Source: the human T2T-CHM13v2.0 reference genome, Homo sapiens
Length of the DNA: 64,000 bases
Reading direction: 5' to 3' (one strand)
Assembly (NCBI RefSeq): GCF_009914755.1
Contig: NC_060936.1
The translations under genes were made by a program, and so were the position numbers. Below, one piece after another: positions 43,859 to 56,623 of this stretch. Numbering within the stretch: position 1 is the stretch's first letter; each line of letters starts with the position of its first letter. The notes beneath the pieces are model-generated. The model was not told where the DNA came from, made no database searches, and saw nothing but the letters and a program-made list of their open reading frames with translations.

Positions 43859-43991
43859 TGGTGTTCTCTTAAAGGGAGTTAGATCCACCTTCACCAAAAT
43901 GAGTCAGTTCCTTAATAATTTATCTAGCTGCTCCAAAAGCCCCTGCACCTTGTTTTCACATATCCATAGCAGATAAAGTTTAGAATATTTC

Positions 43992-44118
43992 TTTATTTTT
44001 ACTTTTTTTGTGGAGACAGGGTCTTGCTATGTTGTCCAGGCTAGTCTCAAACTCCTGGTCCTCCCTCCTCAGCTTCTCAAAGCACTGGGATTATAGGCAT
44101 GAGCCATCATGCCTGGCC
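43992..44118 (-). mobile_element. FLAM_C-like monomer
   Basis: gagacagggtcttgctatgttg...gagccatcatgcctggcc. TSD aagtttag(a/g)ata. Confidence 0.85.
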
Positions 44119-44550
44119 AAGTTTAGGATAATTCTTAACCTGACTTGATCTATCCATAAACCTAACCCTAGGAAGATAGCAGTACCACCCCTCTGCCTGG
44201 CACCCCAAGTTTCCTCTATTCTGAATTGCTTCCCCTTCCCCTGGGACACATCATGCTTTCTTACAACTTGACGCTTCTGAACATCCTATTTCTTCCACTT
44301 GGAATGTCCTAACCTGTCTCGCCTAACTTGCAAATTCCCACGCGTCTTTAAAACCTCCACTGAAGCACAGCCCCTGCCAGACACCACTTAAGTGGAGCTC
44401 GTCCCTCTCTCCTGTGTGCTATCTCTGTGACTCCTATATGCCTTCTTTACCACTCTTTTCACTTCATTAAATGTCTGGTCTCCCGTACGGAACTGTGAAC
44501 TTCCTAGTAGCAGTGACCAGAGCCAGGGATTATTTAACTGTGTAGCCCCA

Positions 44551-44856
44551 TGTCTTAGTTTGTTAGGGCTACTATAACAAAATACTATAACCTGGGTAAC
44601 TGTAACAAACAGAAATTTGTTTCTCACAGTTCTGGAGGCTGGAAAGTTCAAGAGCGTGGTGCTGGCAGATTTAGTGTCTGGTGAGGGCCTGTTTCCTTGT
44701 TCATAAATGGTGCCTGCTCTCTGTGTCCCCACATGGTGGAAAAGGCTACTAACTCTCTGCAGTCACTTGATCTAACCACCTCCTAATACCATCACATTGT
44801 GGGTTAGGATTTCAAAATATAAATTTGGGGCGTACACAAACATTCAGACCATAACA
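44551..44856 (-). mobile_element. MLT1A-type MaLR solo LTR within an L2 3' end
   Basis: tgtcttagtttg...tctcacagttctggaggctgg...acaaacattcagaccataaca. Confidence 0.88.
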
Positions 44857-44929
44857 TTCCACCAACGGTGCCAAAAATATGTTAGGTTCTTATAGCTTAT
44901 TGCTTAATTGAATAAAAGAATGAGTTCCT

Positions 44930-45234
44930 GGACAGGTGTGGTGACTCACGCCTGTAATCCTAGCACTTTGGGAGGCCGAGGCAGGTGGATCACTTGAGGT
45001 CAGGAGTTGGAGACCAGCCTGGCCAACGTGGTGAAACCCCGTCTCTACAAAAAATACAAAAATTAGCTAGGCGTGTTGGTGGGCACCTGTAGTCCCAGCT
45101 ACTCGGGAGGCTAAGGCAGGAGAACCACTTGAACCATGAGGCAGAGGTTGCAGTGAGCTGAGATTGCGCCACTGCACTCCAGCCTGGGCAACACAGTGAA
45201 ATTCTGTCTCAAAAAAACAAAAACAAAACAAAAC
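44930..45234 (+). mobile_element. AluS element
   Basis: Perfect TSD aagaatgagttcct at 44916 and 45235. Confidence 0.96.
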
Positions 45235-46735
45235 AAGAATGAGTTCCTAATAGATTGCCAGACTGAAGTGTAGTCTACTGCATTTGATGATTCATCATGT
45301 CTCCTAGGCCTAGCACATACTAAATTCTTTGTAAATGTTTCTGGGATAAGGGGATTAAATGAGTAAATGTGTTTTGAAACCAGCAATTTTTACGTTCATT
45401 TCCAATTTTCCTTGTGATCAGTACTTTGCCCAGTGAAAAATCAACTTTCTTCCTCAAGGCTCTATTCTGAGTTCTCCTGTTTCTCTCTACTCCTGCTAGA
45501 TCCTGCCTACCTCCTTGTTATCTGAATCTGGATTTTAAACATATAGAACACACAGAGTTTTTACAATGGGTGAAAACCAAAGAGCAGTCTCTTGCTAACT
45601 GAATGAAGCTTTTAAGGAGGTTCCTATTTAAAATGAAATCTGCTCTGGTGGAGTTATGAAGATTAAACATGGTAATATTTGTGAAAGTGTTTTATAAAGA
45701 GATCAAAATATGTGTAATTATATGAGATAATTGATAATGATGCATTATGATAATAAAATTTGAGGGAAATAACTCCCCAAATTTACCCACTTCACTCTCC
45801 CCAAAGCCCCAGGAGTGTGTTTGTACAGCTTTTCTATTTAACATTCACTCAGGGAGATGTCAATATTTAATAGAATATTTAACAGAATGAGGAAAATCTA
45901 AGCAATGGTTAATAGTCACTTAGAGGTCAGTAAAAATTAATATAATTTTCAAAGATGTACCATTTATAATCAAAATAGCTATGGGGTAGGTCAACTGCAA
46001 TATTTCCTTATGTTAAGCCACAAAAAATATACAAAATTGAAATTATATTTGTCATGATATAAAACAATATACTACAAAAAGTTCCCTATTGTCTTTTTCT
46101 TTCTTAAAGTTAATGATTGTGATCCTTTGTCAAAAAAAAAAAAAAAAAAGAATCAGTGCTCCTTTTCCTCATGTTAAATGAGTAAATTAATATTACTAAT
46201 TTGGAAATCGTAAACTATGGCTTCCAGTAACTAGCATTTATTTTATTCATGAGAAAACAGTGGCATATTTAGCTTCTACTGAAGTATTGTACTAATAACT
46301 TAAGCAAAAAGGGGTGTCATATTATATTAAAATTGATTTTTTTGCTTCATTTTTTTATTTGAACATCAGTTGTATGGAGTACTCATTTTAAAAAGGAAAA
46401 TGGTATGAAAATAATTGTTTTGAAAGGAGAAAAAAGAGGTGTGAGCTTTCTTGAAAGTGTAAGGAAAGTAGTGTGATGGAAGTCATAGTGAAATCAGACT
46501 GGGAGTCAGAAAACCGGTTCTAGTGTCATCTCTGCTACTTAGTAGCCCTTTTCTTTTAGTCGATTCTAAACACTAAATATGCTTCCGCATGTGGATTTAA
46601 ATGTGATGGTCGCCAGTGACAAGCATAGGGGGATATTTCTTGCTAGGGTCAGTTCAGGTCATGATTCCTCTAAAGGCATATTATTGGATTATTTTACTGT
46701 GGGTCTACTTTATTAGGAGAAGGCCCCGAAAGGGT

Positions 46736-46768
46736 GTTTTGTTTTGTTTTGTTTTGTTTTGTTTTGTT
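46736..46768. repeat. (GTTTT)n microsatellite
   Basis: About 6 units. Confidence 0.9.
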
Positions 46769-48652
46769 TGGAGGGACGTAATACTAGGGAAAATTCTTTT
46801 TGTCACAGGTTCCCTCTCCCAGTGACCCTAACTTGGAGGCCTCTTTAGGAGTCCCAGAGACTCTGAGAGGGTCACACTGTACCTTGAAACAGTTTTTGGC
46901 GTTTGTATAAAGCTGCGGATGCGCTCTGTAGGAGGTTGCTATGACAATTTGCAAACAGTAGAGTGGATGAAACTCCGCAGGAGGTGGCTCCCTTCCGACT
47001 GGAGTCTGCACTAGTTCGGGCCTGCACAGTAGGTCCAGCCAGGAGCCAGAGATACTCGGGCGGGGCAGAGCATAATGGACCCCTGGCCCCAAGAGAACTT
47101 CAGAAACTAGGCACCTCTCGAGAAGGAAGTGCATGGCATAACTCTGCCCCGTCATCCGGGATTTGTCGGGCTTTCCCACCCCACCTCCTCTCACAGTTGA
47201 AGTGGCAAAACCTGTGACCTTTGAACAGAGGCGCACTGTGTGCCACGCACGACGAGGCGCGGATGTGAGACGGGAAAGCAATTTTTTTTTGGTCTTCAAG
47301 GAAAAGAGAGGTTGTATATGGCGAATAAAAAAGGCAGGGAAATTCTCCACGTGTCTTGGAAGGGAAGGGGGAAAGAGATGTGTCGGGTGGGGTGAGAGGA
47401 ATTCGAGGTGTCGCTCCCTCACCGCAGAGCTGAAAGGAAGGTGTGTCTCTCCCAGTGGCCGCGCAGGGGAAAGGCTCGGAGTTGTAAGGAAATAGGAGAT
47501 GTCTCTGATGTTTATTTTTGCCTAGCAACCCACAGCCAACTGCTTCCCCAGCTGCCGTCCACACGCGCCTCTCTGCCTCCCCTTGTCCTAGCGACTGGCG
47601 AGCGGTCACTTGGTGTCAGTAAACCGGGGAGGGTGTGTGGTGGAGGTGGGAGGGCAGCCCCCTCTTTCGCCCCTGCTCAGGGTCAACGAGCTCAGCGGCC
47701 GCCCCTCCCGGGACTTGCCTCTCCGAGGTGACCCTCGCACAACTAAGTTATCTACATGATGAATTGGGGAGAGGGGAGTGGCTAAGTCGCTGGGACCAAG
47801 AATGGGGGGACGGGGAAGCAGTACTGTCTGTGAGCAGCCATTCAGTTCGAAGAGCTGAAAATGCATTTATGTTTAGGGGTGCGCATGGCAGGGGAGGGGT
47901 CTCTGCGGCGCTTTCGGCCGGAGGGCAGCAGCGGTAGGTTGAGCTGTAGGGCAGAGAAGGGGCGCCGCGGGGCCGGGGAGGGGAAAAGGTCGCCGGAGTG
48001 GAGCCGAGGGAAGCAGTGCAGATGGCCGGAGGGGGCGGAGGAGGGCGAGCGGAGGCCGCCGAGTTTTCCGGGGAGCGGAGGGGCGGCTGCGCGCAAACCG
48101 GGGGACTGAGAGGAGCCGGGCGGGAGGTTGGGTGGGGGTGGGGTGTGCGTGGCCGGGGCCGGGGGAGCCGGGGGCGGGGCCTGCGGCGGCGGAGGAGGGC
48201 GGCGGAGGGCGGCGGGGGCGGGGCCGCGCGCCGGCGCCTGTGTGTGAGTGCGCGGGGGCGCGCGCGCGCGGGCCCGGGAGAGGCTCCCGAGCCAGGCGGT
48301 CTTCGGTCCTCGCAGCGCTTCCAGCTCCCCGCGCCCCTATGTGAGGGAGACGGGGAGGCCCGCGGCGCGCAGGGGAGGGCGAGGCATGTGCACGGGCCGG
48401 AGGGTGCTGCAGCCGCCCGAGGAAGAGGAGGACGGCGGCGAGGAGGAGAGCGGGGGGCTCGCGGCGGCGGGCCCCGGCCGAGGGGATGCAGTGGACTGTG
48501 TGTGTCTGGCTGTAGCAGACGCGAGGCGGCGACGAGGCGCCGGGGACCCGCGCGAGGGGCGGCCGGGAGGCGGCGGCGGCGGCCGCCAGAAGTAGCAGCA
48601 GGACCGGCGGCGGCGACGGCAGCCCTGAAATGCATTTTCCTCTCCAGCGGCC

Positions 48653-48701
48653 ATGTTAACCAGGAAACCTTCGGCCGCCGCTCCCGCCGCCTACCCGACC
48701 G
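48653..48701 (+). CDS. DYRK2: DYRK2 coding exon 1 (MLTRKPSAAAPAAYPT + first base of Gly17)
   Basis: ATG in gcggccATGt context. Translation matches the recalled N-terminus of long DYRK2. Donor G|GTAAGG at 48702. 49 nt. Confidence 0.96.
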
Positions 48702-49315
48702 GTAAGGAGGCCGTGCCGCCGCGCCGCATCCCCGGACCCCCGCCGGCCCTGGGCAGCCCCTGTGGCGCGGGCGGCCGCTGCCTGCGGGACCTCGAACAAA
48801 GTCGGCGGCGCGGCGCGGGGGAGCCCCCGGGCGGACGACGCGCCCCGGGCTCCATGCAGGGTTGTGCGCGGCCCCGAAGGCCCCTCCGCGGGGAGCCCTC
48901 GGCCCGAAGAGGCTTCTGCCTGCCGGGGGCCCGGGCGGGGACCGTCCAGGCCTGCCGCCCCGCCCTGCGCTGCCCGGGGCTTGGCGTGGCCGTGGCTCCC
49001 TGCTCAGCTGTCCAAACCCACCTCCCGGCTGCTGGCCGTCTGCAACGTGGGCCGCCTAGCCCCGGCGCGGCCCGGCTCCCCCGCCGGGTCGCGAACTCGC
49101 GCGCCAGGGCCCCACTTAACTTTGCAGCTGCCCGCGCCCCGCCCGTGGGTGTGCGCTGGGGAGCCGTGACCCGAACGCCCGTTTTTACTGCCCCGGTCTC
49201 TTCCTCCGTCTTTCTTTGGAAGAGGGTTGTCGCTGCCCAGCGGGGTTGGAGGGGGGGTCTGGGTGACTTTCTCCCCCCTGACCCTCTTTTGTCTCCTCCC
49301 GCACGTGGCTTCCAG

Positions 49316-49464
49316 GCCGAGGTGGGGACAGCGCCGTTCGTCAGCTTCAGGCTTCCCCGGGGCTCGGTGCAGGGGCCACCCGGAGCGGAGTGGGGACTGG
49401 CCCGCCCTCCCCCATCGCCCTGCCGCCTCTCCGGGCCAGCAACGCTGCCGCCGCAGCCCACACG
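49316..49464 (+). CDS. DYRK2: DYRK2 coding exon 2 (cassette; GRGGDSAVRQLQASPG...NAAAAAHT)
   Basis: Pyrimidine-rich tract + CAG acceptor ending 49315, donor ACG|GTGAGA at 49465. 149 nt; 49+149=198 nt keeps the frame into exon 3. Confidence 0.95.
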
Positions 49465-51284
49465 GTGAGACCCAGCCCGCGGGCGGCCCGGGCGGTGGGG
49501 GCGGGAGGGGCCCCAGGCCGAAGCACCCGGACTTGGAGGGGTCTGACGCCGGGAGAAGAGGGGTCGAGATACAAGCAGCCCCACGCCTCGGGCCGATGGT
49601 CTCTCGTCGACGCCGCCCTGGTTAAGTTGGGCGAGCCCAAAGCTGCAGCCACAAAGGAAGATTCGTGGCGTGGGCCCCTTACTTCCCCTCCAGAGCTCGC
49701 CCACCCATGACCTCCTCTTCCTAGGAACTTCCTCCTTGCTGCTTTCCTTCTTTCCTCATTTTTCGTCCTTGCATCCCAGAGTTCCCTTCCCTGACCCGGT
49801 AAACATCTCTGTCCTTCCCCCACCTCCCCGTGGGTAGTGGGTATTTATAGAAACAGATACGTGTTAGGGGACAGCCAGACCGGCCTGCCCGGAAAATCGA
49901 TCCCCCAAAGAGCCTCCCAGGCCTGGCTCCAGCCAGCAGGGAGCATCGCCAATTGTCCCCCGCGTGTGTAAGCATGTTTTATGAGTGCTACAGGTTTGAG
50001 CACAGCAGAAATTGTAATCAACATTAACAAAAATAAGGGCCGCCGCAGCAGTCAAAACAAGCCACCCCTGTAGGATTCTGCAGTTGGACATTATTCAAAA
50101 GGAAAGGGCAAGCGTTGCTTTGGAGGTGGGAAAGAAAAAGCACCTAACAGGTGCTGTGGTCTCTGGGAGGGGAGAGGCCAGCGTGGGACTGGTTGCTGGT
50201 GGCTGCGGAGACTGGCAAGCTGGATTCGACTAAAGCATGTACCTTTTCTCAGCTCCCAGGGATCACCCTTGGATGGTGATGGCCAGCCTGGAGGAGGTCT
50301 GCACTTGGAGGAGGTGATGGTTTGGAGGTCTTTTTTTCCCAATTGGATTTTCCACAGGAACAGCCTAAGATGGTTCTGTGTGAGGGAGGCTTGCTAGGGA
50401 TTGGTTTTATTTGCTAAGTGAAAGTTGAGTTCTTGAAGAAAAGGCCATCTCCGGTCTACAGGGGAGTAGCTCTGGGGACATATGTTATGGGGAAACTTGT
50501 TTGTCAGAGAACTGTGAGGGGATGTCTAGACTGTAGTTGCACCTGTTAGACTTGGAGAGATGTGTGCAAGTTTCGTAGGAAAATGTTTTGTTGCTGTTAC
50601 TATCTTCCCCCTCCCTCTGTCTGTCTCTCTATCCTGACACATCTGGTCCCAGGGGCTGGGAATTCATTGCACAGAGGTTAACTAACCTGTGTTGGACTGT
50701 GGATGGTATAGTAGGATGGATGATTCTGTATATTACTGTTAAGTGTTCTTGTCACAGTGATATTTAAGGGACTGCCATTGATTTTAGGGGTTTGGATTTT
50801 TTTGTTTGGGATCATCTGACAATTTGGAAAATATAATACCCAGTTTTTTGCTATGTGTTGATGTAATCACATGACATGGTGTGAGCTGGAAAAAGAACTA
50901 TTTGGTTTGCATGTGGATTCCAATTTTGTAAGGATGGGCTTTGCTTGATCAGAGCCTCTTTGCAATTGAAATACATGTAATGAAAGTAGATGAAACGACA
51001 AGTCTCCACTGGAGGGAGAGCCTGTGGTGCACCAGAAAAGGAAGGATGCGAATGTGCTTCTCAGTACTCCTCATAATGGAGGCCTGTATTTTGCTGTGGC
51101 ATATGCCAGATTTACTTGTTTTTAACGTGTGTGTAAACTTCAGTATGCTGTTAATTATTAGATGCTTGACTTTGAAGGTGTGAATTTGGGTTTCGATGGT
51201 GGTTTAGTTTTGATTTTATTTCTATAACATAGCAGATTTCATAGTACAGGAAAGGTTACAAGGACCACAGAGTTTATCTGGTTC

Positions 51285-51390
51285 TATTCTTTCAATTTAT
51301 AGATGAGGAAACAGACTCAGACAAGGTAACTGGTTTCATCAAGATTCCCCAGCCAGTTCATATCAAGGCCAGAGTGAAAGCCTACATCCT
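51285..51390 (-). mobile_element. MIR (DYRK2 intron 2)
   Basis: tatagatgaggaaacagactcaga. Confidence 0.7.
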
Positions 51391-52262
51391 CCTGCATCTA
51401 GTTTTAATATACTGATGGAGACTGCTAATTCTAGGAAATTGTACTAGCCTCATTATAAATGCAAGAACCTTTGTAGATCCATATTCCCATATGTCTGTCA
51501 GATTTTTATAAATTTTTAGTTATTATTTCCAGAGTAATTACACCTAGGAAGAACTTCTAGAATGAATGGGGGGCGGGAGGGCATTAAGGAGATAAAAATG
51601 ATCTTGTCATAGGAGCTTGCCCACATTTTCTCTTACAGGTGATATAGTAGGCAGGTTAAATATATGATTATAAAGATTATAAACTTTGGAATTTATCTAG
51701 ACCATTGCCCTTTTGTTTTATATCTCCATGTATAAGTTGTTTTACACTTTAGTTATTTCTGTTTGTGTGAGAGAGAGAAGTGTGCCCAATCACTGTCTTA
51801 CTTCCTATTATTTTTCTATTAATGTTAATTGGTAGTTATTAATAGAAGTATTTTTAAATTCAAAAATATTAAAATATGTATAACTTTTGTAACTGTTTTA
51901 CTATGTAAAACACTCCAGTTATCAGTTTTACCTTTATAAAATAATTCAAATTGAAATACACATTTTAAAAAATGGCAGTATTTTGAAGAAGAAAAAGTAG
52001 ACATTTTTCTTTCTGACAGGGCCACACAGACTGTCAGAATGTTTGAGGAGGAGCTAAAATTCCAGTCTTTTTGGACTCAATTCTATTACCATAATACTAT
52101 ACAGCATTTCTAAGATGACTTCAGAAAAGTTTTTAAACGCCCAAGACTATTATCACAGTGGAATATCTGCTGTTTGCCATTTTCTTATTGGAAGAAATGA
52201 AAACTACCAAACTGGTTAGACTATTGTTTTTATATAATATTTAATACCAAAGTACTTGATGA

Positions 52263-52703
<441 letters not shown>

Positions 52704-53479
52704 TAAGCCATGATCTCAGACTTCAAGAGGCTGAGCTGGAGGGAGAGGTTTTTAGTATCCTTAAGTTTATGATGTAGTCTTGACATACGTATTCTGGAAA
52801 TGTTCTGGCATTTCTAGTCCCTCAGCACCCCCACCCTGCTCTCTGCCCCATTTTTTATAAGTCAGTTAATTGTGCTTTTGAGCTTGATTGTGATTTTAGA
52901 GTCCTGCAATGTTTGAGATTCAAAGTCTTCTTTTGCTAGAGCTTCTCAAATGAATCTCTAACATCTGGAAACCTTTAAAATTGCATGTGTTGCTTTTAGG
53001 TGTTTGGTTGATGTGTTTGTTGCAAGTGTTTTATACATGGTTTGATTGATGTGTCTGCTACAGGTACTTTATGCTTGGAGGTCCTTGGCCTCCAAGTCTG
53101 TGCGGATCCACTGCAAGCCTAACGTCTTGTGACTTAGGTCACCAGGGACGTTTCTTAATTCCCTGGGCCTTGACTTCATGTTTCCTTATGAAGGTACACA
53201 ATGTAGTTCTCAGGAACAACTCCAAGAGAGGCAAGAGTTAACAAGGAGGATCTATTGGCATGTGTTCTTCCATCCCAAAGATATTTATTGAGGGCTTACT
53301 ATATGCCTGGGTTTATGTTAATGAGGACTTGGAAACATAAGAGGGGACCCAGCCCTGGAATTGCTCACAGCCAGATGAGTACATCTGATGTTAAAACAAT
53401 TGCAATAAAGAGAAATAAGTAAAAGGGTGAATCACCTAGGTATGAGAAAGGAGATTACAAGAAATATCTGGAAAGGACA

Positions 53480-53690
53480 ATAATAATGCTCTCATTGACT
53501 GACTACTAAGCACTTTACACATATTACCTTATTTAATCCCCCTAAAAGCCCTAATGAGGTAACTTTGTTACCTTCTTTTTGCAGACAAGGGCACTGAGGT
53601 TAACAGAGATGAAATAAGTTGCCCTGGGTCACACATTTAGTAAATGGTGGAGCTGGATCATTTAATGTGTGTCTAACTGAAAATCTACCA
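53480..53690 (-). mobile_element. MIR
   Basis: aagcactttacac...atttaatcc...gttgccctgggtcacaca. Confidence 0.75.
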
Positions 53691-53899
53691 TTATGAAACC
53701 TGACCTCACTAAAAGCAGAGGAGTGTAAAAGTGTGTGGTGTTTTTTGGGTCCTGGGCTATCTAGCTTTGTTCTCTTGGAGAGAAGAGTGACAGTAGTTGA
53801 TGAGAATGGAAGGACTCCGATCATTTAGCCTCTACATTTTAGAGCCTTGTGTTCTTACTGGTAAGTTCTTGCATTAGCTATGGAAATAGGTTACAGCCA

Positions 53900-54560
53900 C
53901 AGGCCTTGGGCAAAAGCAAGAGTGGTCTCAGGTTGAGACTTTTAAATCAGACTCTAGAAGCACTATGGAGAAGAGATTTGAGGAATTCTAGACTTAGAAG
54001 CAAGGGGGCATGTTACGATGCTGCCTCAGTTGTCCCAGTGAAAGACATCAGGAGAGTGAGATGAGGCAGTGTTGATGGAAAGGGCCTGGGATAGTAATGA
54101 TGCATCTTCTTGGTGACTTGGGAAGGTGAGGGAGGTGTTGAGATTTTCCAGGCACACAGTGCTGAGGATTCATTCGCAGGTGGATAGCCTGAGTGACACA
54201 TGGAGGGGAAGCCTTCTTTTTATCAAAAATGGAGGATTATGGAAGTGGGAAACTGGTTTGTTAGAAAAATCATGAGTTAAGTTTGAGTTGCTTATGGGAG
54301 AGGGAGCTGATCGATAGTTGGATATGTGTGTCTTCCACTCAGGAGTTAGCACCTTGGAAGGTCTGAGCTCAGGGAACAAATGCGCAAACATCAGGCCATG
54401 GGCAGTTGCTGAAGCCCTGGCTGTGTTCAGGATCAGTTGCAGGGGGTTATGGGAGTAAGAAGCCAAGAGAATCGAGATTTGAACCCTGGGGAACTCTTGA
54501 ATCCACCTAAGGTTAGGTAGTAGTTGATGCTGCAAAGGAGACCAAGAGAAGGCAGTTGGA
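53900..54560 (-). mobile_element. L2 fragment
   Basis: gagttaagtttgag...agttggatatgtgtgtct...ctcagga. Confidence 0.55.
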
Positions 54561-56623
54561 GATATAGAAGATGGTCGTTTCTTGTCAGTCTCGTTAGTTT
54601 TAGTTACTAAAACATTTGTGATCATGTATTAAATTATGCGAAACACAAAAATTGCTTGAAGTAAATTTCTGAGGCTTGGTTTTACTTTGCTGTGTTTTTA
54701 GAAATCTCTAAAGCCCCAAGGTTAATTTTGTCCTAATGAAGAGCTTTATGCTTTTTATAGCATGTATACAGGTAATGTGAATTTTTCTGCTGAAATATCA
54801 CCACTCCACTCTGAAGAAAATGATTCTATAGGAGAGAGATATTTTGATTCAGGCCCCTTTATTGTCTAGTGTTTGAAAGACCACAGTGGACAGGAGAGGG
54901 TGCAGAGAGCGAGGCTGGGGAAGAGAAGCATTGGACAAGCCTGTACCTCTTTTATATATGCCCAAGACTTGCCTGATTCATTTTTATGGACTGCCCTGCT
55001 TTTGGCATAGAACAAGGGTAAAATAACCTTTCTAGCTACTCTTATTGAATATAAGGTCACCTAGCATGGAGTATCATCTATGAGTGTGATAAAAAAGCTC
55101 AGTTATAAGTCTAAGAAATGATATCCCTGAGCCTATGAAGTCACAGTCAGACAGGCCCCAAGTATTGTCTTCTGTTTTGTTTTAGTTAGAAGTGGGCAGA
55201 GAGGAAGCTCACACTCCACATAGTCATTGTGCATATTATGTATCCAATAAAGAAAATGTGAACGTCTTGGTCTGCTAGTAAGAAGGAGTTGGAATTTCAT
55301 TTTGTAATCCAGGTGTTCCCAAATCATGTTTTGAATTACTGTGTTACATATACAGAGCCCTTCTGCTCTTTCAGTAGTATGTAAAGCCCCAAAGGTAGGA
55401 TTTAAAAGGGGATAGTAGAAAAAATACTGATGGCAGTGGACTTCATCTAGTTAATTGTAAGTTCCTGGAGGGCAGGGACTCTGTCACTTTGGCAGCCAGC
55501 CTTCTGTTAATACCAGTTGACTGAATGAGGTGGATTGTGATGACAAGGTGGTGTAAGATTTCATACAGAAATCACCTACCAGGCTGCTTTAAGACTAGGG
55601 GTTGTCCAAGGCAGGAATTCCTAACTGGGAGAGGATCCTGGCTGCCAGTCCTCTCCTACCCCTTACCTCTCAGCAGCCATAATGCTTAAAGGAAATCCCA
55701 AGAAGATTCTCAGTAGAGGGCTGGGGTCCCTTGGTTCACACCATTGATAGAATTTAGACAGGAATGTTCAGGGATGGCATGCATACCTGAAACAGAGGTT
55801 GCTTCTTTGGATTCCTATTTGGAAATCTGAGTATCCCAGCAGCTTGTAGAAATGGACATCTTCAGAGAGCTGAGCCACTGACCCCTCCGGAGGAAGGCCA
55901 AACAGTGTGGTCGTTGCTTGGTTTGTTGGGCTGAATGCCTTAAATGGTTATTACAGTTAGTAAAGCCTGGAAACTTTTAAAAATAGGTCAGGGGTTCATA
56001 AGATACTATGGTACACATCTACATGGGAATCTTTCAAGTCTAAAAACACAGGGTTTTTGTTTTTGTCACTGGATCATGTGTGCACTTAGGTTTCATCAGA
56101 TTTTCAAGGAAAGGGGAAATACTGGTGATGAAGTGTTTTCAGGATAGAGCTCTAGGTATTAGGGAAAGAGTAGTGAACAAGACAGACATGGTCCCTGTCT
56201 TCATGTTAATAAACTACTAGATGAAATATGAAAGGTGCTGTGATCTGGGGGTGGAGGAGCCAACATAGAGTCTTATGTGTGCATGTTTTTTTCTGTATCC
56301 TGTTTCATTTTTGTATCAAATGTGGATTGAGTGGAACACCTATGATGTGCCAGGCCCTATACTAAGTGTTAGATATAGAATGATAAAGTTAAGGTCTCTG
56401 TCTCCGTGGGGAACCCTGAATATGTACAGCAAACCATCTTGTCTGTTAGGCATGGCATTTATGAGGTCCATTTTTCAGGATCACATGTTTTGTGGCTTTT
56501 ACTCAAACCAAATGGGATTTTGTAAATGTGAGGTTGGGGGCGGTGGTGTTGTTGGGGGTTACTTATACACCATTTGAACAGACACCACTTCTTTTCTATT
56601 TATATTTCCTGTCTGAATTCCAG

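Larger units (their letters stand above)
47150..50060. promoter_or_regulatory. CpG island / TATA-less DYRK2 promoter, 5'UTR and intron 1
   Basis: Very high GC and CpG density, multiple GGGGCGGG GC boxes at about 48030-48225. TSS probably near 48240 (inferred). Confidence 0.92.

Noticed and set aside
46784-50091. Many long overlapping ORFs (212, 235, 295, 337 aa etc.)
   Set aside because: Low-complexity Arg/Pro/Gly/Ala products expected from stop-poor CpG-island DNA; no domain motifs.
56492-56623. N-terminal 44 aa of the 579-aa ORF
   Set aside because: Intronic read-through from a GTG; the real exon starts after the AG at 56623.
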